DNA of 64,000 bases from Chrysomallon squamiferum (lineage: Eukaryota > Animalia > Mollusca): NCBI GenBank assembly GCA_012295275.1, contig CM022671.1, positions 24,552,001 through 24,616,000 of the forward strand, written 5' to 3'. The notes under the pieces were generated by a model, which was not told the origin of the DNA, did not search any database, and saw only the letters and a program-made list of their open reading frames with translations. The first letter of the stretch is position 1, and each line of letters starts with the position of its first letter. The position numbers and the translations under genes were made by a program. This document shows, piece by piece, positions 1 to 33,620 of the stretch.

Positions 1-474
1 ATTTTATTTTATTTATTTATTTATTTATCTATTTATTATCTTTTTATATTGTTTATTTTTTATTTTTTTATTTGTTTATTTATTTATTTTTTTATTTATA
101 TATTTTTGCGAGATATAATTTAAAATTCACAGACTCACACGAGTACAGTTTTTATGTTCTTAAAACTGATTAAAGTACGGTTATCACATCGTGTCTAGGT
201 ATACATCAAACTTTTTTTTTTTAAATTGTGTTTGTTCATACGTATGTCAATTAAATCTAATAATAACAATAACAATAACAATAATAACAATAACAATAAC
301 AATAACAATAATAATAATAATTTATTATGCTTTTAATTACAGTTATTATAATAGTGTATATTGATTTATTATAGACATACATCCTTTGTCAAACATTCTG
401 TCATCGAAGGTAAGTACGTGGTTCTGCATATTTATATTTCATTGTTTATTCCATAGCTGCTGGAAATATGTGAA

Positions 475-641
475 ATGTATAGTTTTTATTGTTATTCTGT
501 GTTACTAGCATTGCTTGACTTGACACACTTAATAAGTTTTAAAAATGCGTCAAGGTATGCTACACTATAGATATAACATATTTAAAATATACCTTTGGTG
601 ATGTGAAGAAATAGTTTAAACATTCTGCATACTTCCAAGAT

Positions 642-689
<48 letters not shown>

Positions 690-1502
690 TACGTTGTTTC
701 ACCACACCATTTTGAAGGAGTAAAACCAATAATAATAATAATAATATTAATAATAAATAATAATAATAATAATAATAATAAAGAAATAATATACGCATTT
801 ATGAATTCTCAGTGTTATTTAGTGCAGAAAGACAAGATAAATTATTTTTATAGTTTAAAAAGAAATTTTAGAATTTTTCATTACATCTTTAAAATGAATG
901 GTAAGCATTCATAAAATGACATAAAAGCAGTCCTAAAATAGCAGCATGTTTTTATTCCAGTCTGTAACTGCTGGGGAAGTAAGTAAAAAAAAATATAAAA
1001 AAAATAAAACATCTAATAATTATACTGAATGGATATTTCTTAGCTTATCGTATTGGATGTATTGAATGTATTTTTGAGGTGTGTCGGCTTCTATCACAAA
1101 TAGTTCTTAGAATTTTCTGACTGATTTTAAAAATAAAATTTTATTTTACCTAGCCTCTTCCCAATGAAAATTCACCGTGAGTGTTGTATTGTATGAACTC
1201 GGATTCTTTTTTTTTTTAACTTATGAAAGAATCTAAATCTGATTTCTTACTAAATCATTATGGAATTAGATTATGGATTATCTGTAAGTTAGTTTTTGCA
1301 TTGTTAACGTCTTAATGCCGTTTTCGTAAACAGACCCAAATGCTATTGCACAACAAGAAGAAAAACAACATGTTCTTGGATATTGGACAAGTGTGGTGCA
1401 ATTTAAAAAACCTATATATGTAGGTATCTTATGTTTGAGTAATGTTAAATCGAGAAATAATGCCTTTTAGATAGGCCATTCAGTTGTGTAAGTACCATAT
1501 AG

Positions 1503-1545
<43 letters not shown>

Positions 1546-1615
1546 GGATACAGATCTTCTGAAACGGAATCGCGAAAATGGAAATCTTAAACGGAATTTA
1601 CATATTTCCGAATGA
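475..1615 (+). CDS. Putative orphan microexon-rich gene, about 111-130 aa, hydrophobic N-terminus, Cys cluster
   Basis: AG/GT-bounded exons 457-554 (ATG 475), 854(or 872)-900, 961-978, 1044-1078, 1154-1176, 1270-1283, 1334-1423(or 1419), 1471-1487, 1547-1615 join into one stop-free frame: MYSFYCYSVLLALLDLTHLISFKNASSLKRNFRIFHYIFKMNVCNCWGTYRIGCIECIFEPLPNENSPLWIIYPNAIAQQEEKQHVLGYWTSVVQFKKPIYVDRPFSCDTDLLKRNRENGNLKRNLHISE. Five coding-exon donors are GTAAGT/GTAAGC/GTGAGT. Upstream exon 375-409 (GTAAGT); AATAAA 1618-1623. C-terminus is ambiguous and no homolog was recognised. Confidence 0.6.
644..687. repeat. (CT)n microsatellite
   Basis: Direct reading. Confidence 0.95.
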
Positions 1616-2183
1616 TCAATAAATTTTATATTTTATTTTAATTTTTTTTATTTTTTGTTTTGGGTATATTTCAGATTTATTTATTTACAATAAATGTACA
1701 TCCATTCTTGTTCCGCTTAGCTAATCTTCTGAACTCTTAAAGCAGAACAGATAACACGAAATTGCTCAATGGCAAATTTAAACACGTTTCCTAACAACAT
1801 TGGCTGCCGGTTATGTTTTGGGTTTATTAATTCTGATAAAAGAGTATATTCACGCACTTTATTTATAAATTAACCCAGTTACCCTACCAAATCTCATCTT
1901 TTCATCAAACATCCAATTCTATACTGAGATCAGAATCTTTTATTTATATTTATCTATTGAAACAAAATAAAAGGCATAATGACATGAACTGTATTAAGAT
2001 CTTGAGTTTTTAAAATTAATTTTAAAAAATCATAATTTGCCTTCACTTGTTATACATGTATATATAAAAGATGTCGGATGTGTTTCAGTGCATTAAATAA
2101 ATAAATCTAGTAATAATTCCTCTTTTTTTTTTCTTTTTTTTTTTTACTATATATATATTAGTTAAGTGTGTTTACAAATAAAG

Positions 2184-3085
2184 ATGCGATATGTGGCTGC
2201 TTACTTGCTGTCAGTTCTCGGGGGGAATGACAGTCCAAATACAGACGATATTAAAAAGATTCTTGGCAGCGTTGCAGTTGACGTCGATGAACAGAGATTA
2301 ATGTTGGTTATCAGACAGCTCAGTGGCCAGAATATTAATCAGTTAATGGAAAAAGGTGATAAAATGAAATGAACAATTACTTTTGTATGGGTGTTGTGGG
2401 TATAGGTCTAAATCTCTTCTTTGTTTTTTTTTTTTTTTTTTTTTTTTTAAATTCAAAAATAATAAACTGGATCCCATTTGATCGTCAAAACAAACAAAAA
2501 TTAACTCGTTTTACATTTATATAATTTTACTTTGTGCTTTAAATTTCTATAAATTGCATACAGTATTAATTACTGCAAATTACACAATTTTACAAATAAA
2601 TATCTTGAAGAGAATAAAAATGGCGAACTATTTAAAAACTAATTAGATGATGTTTATTTATTTATTTTGATTTATTAGATTAAGAGAACAGTAATTCATT
2701 TAAGAATGAATTTCTTATTGGAAAGTAACGATGTTTCTGTGTTAAAACAGGTAAGAAGATTCAGAAAACTGAGGTTATAATTCCACCCACGTCTGTTTGT
2801 CAGGTTTGAACTCGCCATTGTTCCTTTTCTTCAATATAGGTATGGAACGACTTTACGTACTAACATCTCACACGCAAGAAACTCAAAATGAAGAATCTCA
2901 TTCTGACGATCAGAAAAATACAAGCGGTAAGATGTTTTTAAGTAATAATTAATATTTGGTAATAATGTAAATGTGTACACTATATGTCAATATATACGTT
3001 TATAATTTAAGGTGATGAACCTGTAAATGATGACAGTGACTTCGAAGATGATGACGAGAACGTAATTGGTAGTCTTTTTGGCTAA
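2184..3085 (+). CDS. Divergent 60S acidic ribosomal protein P2 paralog (110 aa)
   Basis: Exons 2184-2355, 2840-2926, 3012-3085; both introns GT-AG and phase 1 as in the neighbouring RPLP2. N-terminus MRYVAAYLLSVLGGNDSPNTDDIKKILGSV is clearly P2; C-terminus DDSDFEDDDENVIGSLFG* is a degenerate P-protein tail. Confidence 0.85.
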
Positions 3086-3909
3086 CAGGGAAACGTCTGT
3101 GTTTTGCATAGTATCTGATATAATTTGTCAGTTAATTTCTTCTTCAAAAAAACCCCCAAAAAACAAGAAACAAATAGTAAAAAAAGATAAATGATGAAAT
3201 ACATCCACAATATTTGTAAATTGTTTGATGTGTAGATCACGTTTTTAACACACAGGTTGCTTAAATCAGGTTTTTGATTTTGCATTTTTTAATATATTAT
3301 TATTGTTTTGTTGTCGCAGCTTTGGTATTTTTAACATTTTGTACTAAGTTTATCTGGTATACATATATCTGCATGTTAATTTTTGTACATTTTTAAATCA
3401 ATCTTAAATTAATGAACCATTTGTTTATTAAACTTACTTCATTTGCAAAATATGTTTGCTTTGTTCTTTGTATATTGTTAATTATTACTGTCATCAAGTC
3501 AGTTATTGTTCTGCCTCGTCTTAAAACAGGGTTTTGCATAAAAATCATAAAATGTAATTCATGTTTAACCTGCAGCTGTTGACTTACATGCCTTTACGAT
3601 GTAGTTTACATATTAACTGTGCACAGGATAAAAACTGCTTTATACTACTTATCTTAGAGAGATTAAATAAAATTTCCTTTTAAAATGTATCAACATTTCA
3701 TCACCATTTATATTCTTGACATTATCCCTTTGAATTATTTTCTTCTCAAATTCACTTCCAAAGAACCAATCCTGGTCTACGTTATCTTATAATAAAATAA
3801 ATGGGTTTTTTTATTAATTTATTAATTTAACTGATGTTATAAAACTATTGTAAATAACAAAAGCACAGCATTTTGTTGGTAAAAGTTTATTTTGTACATG
3901 GTACATCCT

Positions 3910-5006
3910 TTAGTCAAACAGACCAAAGCCCATGTCTTCATCTTCATCTTCAGATTCTGCTTTCTTCTCTTCTTTCTTGCCTATTGATTTAAAATAATGT
4001 ACATGTTATGAAACTTGTTCAGAAAAATGTTAATGAGAAATATATTACAGAAGAAAAAAGTATTTGACAGTATTGTTATTTTATCAACAAATTGGTGGGT
4101 TTAATCTCCAATTTATAAACAAGGCAAGGAACAGTTCTGTCTTAATAATTTTACAGCATCAGACAATTTTTAATAGCCTTTTTAAATTTATCTTTTCAAA
4201 AGTAACTTGACTGCAATAATACTGTTTAAAAATAAGATTTCAACAGCATAAATTATTTAGTAACTGAACATATATGAAAAATATTTTAAATGAAATGGCT
4301 TGTTATGATTACACGGGCGAACTAAATACTGAGACCAGTTTAATAGTTACTGTGACAATGACTTTGTAATTACCTCTATTAAGAATTTTTTTTTTTTTTT
4401 AAATATATAAATATGGTCAAATAATATCCAGAAAATTGAATGCTTTGCATAATACCATTTGGAAAATATTCACATATCTTGATTCGCCTTACCCACTGGG
4501 CAATAAACAAATCATCTGCAGTTTTATCAAGACTTGTACTTACTTTCAGCAGGTGCTGCAGCTGGAGCAACACTGCCACCACCAGTACTTGCTGCAGCTG
4601 TTACAGCAACAGCACCACCTGATGGCACAGATTGAAGTTTCTTCTGCCCTGTAAAAAACAGTTTCAAAAACTACAAATCTTCGTTAACATACAAGTCTGA
4701 AAAGTTATTAGTAACATATTTCTTATGACCTATCTTAATTCAGTATCAACTATCAATTATCATGAATATGAAAATTTTTATAGCTATTAGCTTGGCCATT
4801 TAATTTTGAATTTCACTATTTGGAATACATTTTATACCTTCAGCAATCAGCGTTTCCAGATTTTTTCCTTCAAGTTCAGAAATGATCTTTTTAATTTTGT
4901 CCGCTTCTGCTTCAATTCCAACACTTCCAAGAATTTTCTCAATCATGGCAGCATTTGGTGTATTGCCTCCAAGGGCAGCAAGCAGATAAGCGGCCACGTA
5001 ACGCAT
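3910..5006 (-). CDS. RPLP2: 60S acidic ribosomal protein P2 (114 aa)
   Basis: Coding exons 5006-4838, 4648-4544, 3980-3910; MRYVAAYLLAALGGN..., Ala/Gly hinge, tail KKAESEDEDEDMGFGLFD*. AATAAA on minus strand at 3886-3891. Confidence 0.97.
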
Positions 5007-5479
5007 TCTGAAAACAGAAAAAGTTTAAATACCTCCGAATAATGCAGTAATATTTGCAGCAAAAACAGAATGCATTAAAAATAATAATATTAATGATTGA
5101 AAATATAAAGTTTCGAAATAATCTGGTGAACTAATAAAGATAAATCAAAATCCCTTGCTATGCCAAGTTGAAGTTGATCATTTGTTAACCGTAATGATAG
5201 TGCCATCGCAGAACGATAACCCTAAAGTATGGGACCACATTATAAATTTAGACCATTTTTTCCCTCGGCTAAAAAGAAAAAAGAAGTTAGCTAAGAAAGC
5301 CAAATATCGCCATTTTTATTACTTCGTTAAAACCACGTGGTGAAAAGTGATTTAGATTTTGTACTTTTAACTTAATCAAGAAAAGTGTTCTTTTCTAAGA
5401 GAATGCCTTTTATGGAAGCTGTTATTGTCACATTTTAACACACTTTATTTTTATAAAAATATAACTATAAAGGCCTTAC

Positions 5480-5547
5480 TTTAAGTCGTAAGAAGACACG
5501 AAACGTAGTGCACGCCTTGTTCGTAAGAATTTCTTTAGTGAAAAAGG
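5480..5547 (-). promoter_or_regulatory. RPLP2 non-coding first exon beginning with a 5'TOP/TCT initiator
   Basis: Minus strand reads CCTTTTTC (5547-5540), typical of ribosomal protein gene starts, and ends at a GTAAGG donor (5479). Acceptor at 5008-5009 leaves one base before the ATG. Confidence 0.75.
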
Positions 5548-5874
5548 CCAAAACGAGGCTCGGTGTTTCCCATATCATATCAATTTCGGATGTTTCCGTA
5601 TCTAGTCTTGATTTCAGATATTGTTTGTAGATATTTATATTTTATAGTTAACTGTAAAATGTAAATATAAAAAGGACGAAGTTAAAATAAATCCAAATGG
5701 TTAGAATATCTTTAACAAACAGAAATATTCTGTTTGCACAGAAATGTTCAAAATGTTATTTTTACAATGTTTTAAAAATAAAGGGAGATAATTACTATGC
5801 CAGGAATAAGAAAGAAAAATCGAGATTTTAGATTTATTTTTTTAGAAAGGGGAATAATTCAATAATTGTAAATA
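5548..5874. promoter_or_regulatory. Bidirectional promoter region RPLP2/MED21
   Basis: About 330 bp separate the inferred RPLP2 TSS from the MED21 ATG; CpG-containing, with TTCCG/CGGA ETS-like cores near 5587-5599. Confidence 0.6.
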
Positions 5875-8176
5875 ATGGCCGATAGATTAACACAGTTGCA
5901 AGATGCAGTTAACCAGGTGTGAATTAATACAATTAACTAACGTTATTTATAATGTATAAATATTTAAAAACAAAGAATATATTTTATAATCAAAGTAACA
6001 GTTCAAATTTGTTTGAGGATATTAACTGTGAATGTGACTGTCATGGTAAAGCATAAGCAAAGCAGTCACTACTAATAGTTTTACTAGTAAATAGTATTGT
6101 TAGTATTACCAACAGTAATACTGAAAAAGTGTAATGTTATTATTATTACTATTACTATTTTACATATAACATAGGACTGTAAACAGTGTAATGACCAGAT
6201 GTTACGACTAGAGTAGGGATCGTAGTGCCAAAACAAAAGTGTAACTGTGCTGCATGTAGAATTGTGAGAATAGCTTAATGACATAAATAATAACTCTGTT
6301 TTTGAGTAATAATAAGGTTATTGAGTCCAGATTATATTAATTATTGTGATAATGACATATCTGCTAATAAAATGAAGACTGAAGCTACATTTACCTTTTT
6401 ATCAACATTTGGCATTAAATATTTGATATATTTGTTCTTCTTTATTTCCTTTCTTGCTTCATATGTTTTCATGTCATACAAAATGGTAGATGTACATTAT
6501 ATGTGGGTTTTTTTAATCTTTTTTTTTTTTTTCTCAGCAAGCAGATCAGTTTTGTAACAGTATTGGTATTCTTCAGCAATGTGCTCAGCCCAGTCCACTC
6601 ACTGAATTTGAGAAACCAGCTGGAAAAGTAGCACCTTCTCCACAAGAAGGTTTTTTTTTTTTTTTTTGTAATATTTTAATTCATAAAGCTTTTTTTTTTT
6701 TTTTTTTTTGTAGATTTTTGGTTTGTAAACTGTAACTGAGAACAATATATTATTGAAAAGAAGAAAAAGCAAGCATTGTAAATTTAACATAGTATTTCTG
6801 AAGGTGTAAAAAGTAAATAATAATAAAAAAAAATTGATTTTATATAGCTAATAAAAAATATAGTTAAAAACTGAAAATGATTTTTGAAAGTAATCATTAT
6901 AATGTATTTCTTTTAAATTTAAAAAAGAATCTTTTTATTTCAGATTATGCTGTTCTGTTTTCCAAGTTGATTGCAAGAACTGCGAAGGATATTGATGTGT
7001 TAATTGATTCTCTCCCTAGTGAAGAGTCAACTTTTGAATTACAGGTACATAAGTACACAGTGTTGTTTACTTATTCTACAGTTTAGATCATTTATTAAAT
7101 AAAAAATTTCAGAAGTCAAAAATACATGCACCTCTTTCTGAGTGTGTGTATGGTCAAAATATTTTGAGTATACTTTGAGGTATTTGTTTGAGGGACCAGT
7201 CTTTTCTAATAATGAAGTATGGCAAGATGTAGTTATATACAGAGTAAAACATTGTAAGTAGCTGCACCTGCAGTTTGATTGGTTGTTATTTTTCTGAAAC
7301 AGTTTGCATATAAATACTTGGGCTGTACAAACTTTTTGTATGACTGAAAATACTACATATTGTTTAAACAAATAAAGCAATAAGTTTCAGAGAACATATT
7401 TAGGCCATTTGTTCATTCCATTTTAATTAAACCTTATGGGAAAGAACAAGATAATAGGTTTTAAAATTGGAGGAAAGAATTTATTTTAATTGTAAACCTT
7501 AATATTTGTTATTTAGAACTGACAACAGTTTGAGAAGACATATAACCTCTCCATTTGTTGCATTAGTTTGCCCATTTCCCATTTCATCCCTTAACTCCTA
7601 CTTATTTATGTGCTTCCCTGTTGGTTGAATGTAATGCTGCTGTATGATAATTATATTTCTTGTACAGGTGTGGGATGTATTTTCAGATAGTTGTACGTAA
7701 ACAAACTTTATTTTATGCTGAATAGCTTTAAGAAGTCTTGCATATTATTTATATAAATATGAAATATGAATGGAATTTGTATTTAGACTTGGATCCTGTT
7801 CTGAGGCTACCTCTTTATATTCTAAAATAAGAAAAATTTTAAAATCCAAAACACTTCCTGTCCCAAGCATTTTGGATAAAGGATTCTCAAGCTGTATAAT
7901 AATTAATATTCATGAAACATTATCCAACATTTTACAGTCAATAATTTTATAATTATTAAATTTGTATCGAGATGACATTACGTATTGAGTTATTCATTAA
8001 TTCAGATGGCAAGTCTTCGTAAACTGGAAGTGGAGAACCAAGAATCTTCAAGACATTTAGAGGCTGTTGTCCACTCAGGTGAAGTTCTCCTGGAAAATAT
8101 TCAAAATGCCTTACATGATATTGCACAGTCACAGCTTCGCTGTCAGGCAATGGAGACAGATGATTCAACATTGTAG
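5875..8176 (+). CDS. MED21: Mediator of RNA polymerase II transcription subunit 21 (141 aa)
   Basis: Exons 5875-5916 ([14 protein letters not shown]), 6538-6649 ([14 protein letters not shown]...), 6944-7044 (...[21 protein letters not shown]...), 8006-8176 (...[13 protein letters not shown]...); phases consistent, 426 nt in total. Confidence 0.96.
7665..7894. mobile_element. Tc1/mariner Tigger-type (Tigger4/MER46-like) non-autonomous relic
   Basis: Right end AAAATCCAAAACACTTCCTGTCCCAAGCATTTTGGATAAAGGATTCTCAAGCTG followed by TA resembles the recalled Tigger4 terminus (...AACACTTCTGGTCCCAAGCATTTCGGATAAGGGATACTCAACCTG). Internal TTTAGACTTGG and ACAAACTTT blocks also match; possible left end TA-CAGGT at 7663-7669. 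Confidence 0.75.
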
Positions 8177-8946
8177 CATAAATGTACGAAGGTAGTATTC
8201 TTCTGCAATCTTGGTGTCTTTAAACTGGAAAATTTGCTTACAATAATTTTCTGTTTACCAGCATAGTTATTTTTAATTGTTTAGGCACAACTCTGACAGT
8301 ATTTAGTTACTGTGTATTAAAATAAGAAATGAAAAGAAGATTCCACCTGTTTGAGATCAAATAAAATTAGGTGATCTTGAACAGATTCTCATTCTAAAAC
8401 TAATGTAATTTTCACAATTTATATTTTGGTTAGTGACTTGTATTTTAATGAAATTTTAATGTTATTAAATGATTTTTGGTGTTTTTAATTGTTATTTTTA
8501 TTATTACTTTTTTTTTTCCCACAGATTTATGTATCCTGATTAAATCCTTTCTGACTTGGTACATTAAACTATTTCCTAAGAAACTGAATAACTCTGATAA
8601 AAACCAGGTACTACATACTTCCTTGCAATGGAAAACATTTTACAAAAATGTGGATACTTGAAGAACATTTTGTGTTAGTCATAGCCTTTGTCAAAACTCA
8701 GTATTATTTTGGACTGAACAGTACATAAAGTCAAATAATAATTGGGACAAAAACTGAATCCTGCACAATACATAAATAAATAAATAAAAAGAAATACTGA
8801 GAAAAGTAAGAAAATAATTTATTTTTGTTGCTATAAATTTTAAATAAATGGATTATTAAAGTAAACAGTAAACAAAGTAAAGAACTGCTTTATGTTTTTG
8901 GTTCTGAAAATTATAAAATGTAATTTAGTTTCTATATATATGTATG

Positions 8947-8948
<2 letters not shown>

Positions 8949-8979
<31 letters not shown>

Positions 8980-9002
8980 TGGTGGTGTGTGTGTGTGTGT
9001 GT
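8949..9002. repeat. (TG)n microsatellite, interrupted
   Basis: Direct reading. Confidence 0.9.
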
Positions 9003-10213
9003 TAGTTTTTGGCATCTGACAATATATTTTGGATGCAAGCTGTCAATTATAGTATTAACATGAACCATGTTCTGCCCAAGAAAGAAATAAATATGTTTAA
9101 TAATGAAATACTAGAACAGTGTTTTGTTTTTTACTTTTTCATGTAATGATGCAAGAAAAATCATACCATTATTATATATATTATCAATTGTGTTTTATTT
9201 TTATTTTTTATTTTTTTTATAGATAAATGGTATAAATCTATCACTTGATATACAGACTGGCAACCTTTATTTGCTTTGAACATTATATGGGTGGTTACAT
9301 ACATGTTAGTTGACCTGTGTGGATACTGCATTTAAAAAGGGCAACATTAGCTCATGTCCAAATTTGCCCTAGGCTTTGTTCCTAGTGGTAATCATTTTCC
9401 TTTTAAATTATTTGAAGCATTTCTATAAACAGATTCCAGATATGTTTTAAAGACTTTTTCTTTTTAATTATGTTTATTCAAGACAAGGTATATTTATCTG
9501 TGTCAGCGGTATTCAAAATAGTTGAGATATTTAAGTGTCAAAAATTAATTTTTGGCCTATTTTTACATATTTTCAGACTTAATATTTTTATGTATGATCA
9601 TATAATTGACTGGTTTGAGATGAATCATTCACTCAAAAAAAAAAAAAAAAAAAAAACACAACAGGAGAGCAAACTAATCACAGAAAAGCATTTTAAGTTA
9701 AAACTTACAAAACTTACAAAACTGCAAATATTAGTGATTTAATCTAATCAATCAGATCTTTACCTTTTGAGATACTGAAAATTCAATAAAAATGTAATGC
9801 TAGTTTATTATGATATGTTTCTATTTGGTTATTCTTAGCTTTGTTATCCATTTAATAAATTATTATTGTTAATTAGAAGGACCTAAAGGGTCATAGATAC
9901 AAGCAGGGACGACATATTAAAAACTTGATTGATTCCTGTTCCCGATCATGAGTTGGCAAGTCATAGTCCGAGGGCCAAATCAATTTTACTGAAGTATGCA
10001 CAATAAATTAATTCAATAAAACTAAATAAAATAAAACCTACGTTATACAATAAAGTGCATGCCCATCTTACTGTTTGCTTCAATCTCTTGTTATTATTTT
10101 ACATTTAAAACAATTACTGGATTAACTGCGACGATTTCGGAAAAGACAGCTAACTAAATCTACAAGTACCACTGAAAGACAATCCGAGTTTGACAGAAAT
10201 ACACATTTTCGGT

Positions 10214-10283
10214 GGGAGTTCCCCTTCGTTTTGATTGGAATACTATCAGGTCAATCCCACTGACGTCATTTAAGAAGCGGAAG
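10214..10283. promoter_or_regulatory. Motif cluster: NF-kB-like, CCAAT, CRE, ETS
   Basis: GGGAGTTCCC 10214-10223, ATTGG 10234-10238, TGACGTCA 10261-10268, CGGAAG 10278-10283 within 70 bp, about 1 kb upstream of the clathrin ATG. Confidence 0.45.
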
Positions 10284-11319
10284 AATACACAATGTCTCTA
10301 AACATATAGCACTAGGCTGTTTTCAAAGAAAGTATCCTGAAAAGGAGAATGTTAATGACCATAAATGATAATTTACTTATACTAACATATATATGAATTT
10401 ATCAATATTTATATTCGTATTTATTTTGCTAAAAGATTTTAACGAGTAAGGGATTTTCTTTCCTATTAAAACTGATATAAAACTATTAACTAAACAAAAA
10501 GTAACAATTTAAAAAAAAAAAAAAAAATAAATAAAAATGAAGACGAAGAAGAAAAACGTCACAGTTAAAACTTCTGCTGCTATTCGTCAGCAACGATTTT
10601 TAATAAAACATTTTTAGTTTACAAATTAATTGCTATTGTAGTTGTTAGTCAAGTGTATTAAATGATTTTTATTTATTTATTTATTTATTTATCGTTGTTG
10701 TAGTAGTTTTTAATGGTTTCTGTTTGTTATTGTTGTTTTAAATTTATCTTTTATATACCTTTTTCAATTTTTATCTTCATATTTTATGTTTGAACAAGTA
10801 AGTATAGAAATATACCAAGCGTCTTTGCGCGTGCGATTGTGTGATGATAATAATAATCACATTTATAACTTACATTTATAGAATTCGTGGATGTTAATGA
10901 TAATAATAATAATTATGTTATGCTTTCGAATTATTAGCATTTATTACTTGTCATTAAATATTTTTATTATCAGGAGCATAATAATCATGTACAGTTTTCA
11001 CATTCATTATTTGGATGCATAATGTTTATAAATATTATAATAACTGAATATCACGTCTACTTTTTATTTTATACATTTAAAAATGTCTGACTTCACAAAA
11101 TGATACCTACGACAGTCCGAACTGATGTTTAGAAAGTAGAATATGCAATGAAACCGGAACTACTTCCGCGAATCTCGCCACGGTGGCCGCCATATTTGTG
11201 GATAAGTAAGGTCGGTCAGCAGCAGAAGCCACCACTAAAGAGCAGTTATTTTAATTTGGTCTTTTATGAAATTATATTCTGTTCGGTCAGCTACGAACTA
11301 ACTCATCTGGTGAAAGGCT

Positions 11320-33334
<22,015 letters not shown>

Positions 33335-33584
33335 ATAACTGACATGTAACTAATTAAGACAAAAAACAAAACAAAAAAAAACAATGAACAGTATGAATTT
33401 GCACTTGTATATTACTCAGTGTAATGAAAGTGATTGTGTTGCACTTGAAGAGGAAAAAAAAAGAATAGGAAAAATGAAGTTGTTGTTGATACCTGATCGG
33501 TATAGTGAAGTTGTTACTGTTATGATGTAATTCTAATCCTTTGTATACACTCATATTCACATTCCTTCTGTGTAAGACCATTTC

Positions 33585-33620
<36 letters not shown>

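Noticed and set aside
616-798. Low-complexity ORFs (also 41705-41941, 45188-45429, 45872-46150, 51803-52183, 52508-52980)
   Set aside because: Translations of microsatellites and homopolymers.
3983-5478. snoRNAs in RPLP2 introns
   Set aside because: Only a partial stem ending in ACA near 4300-4372 and isolated box-like words; no complete C/D or H/ACA layout found by eye.
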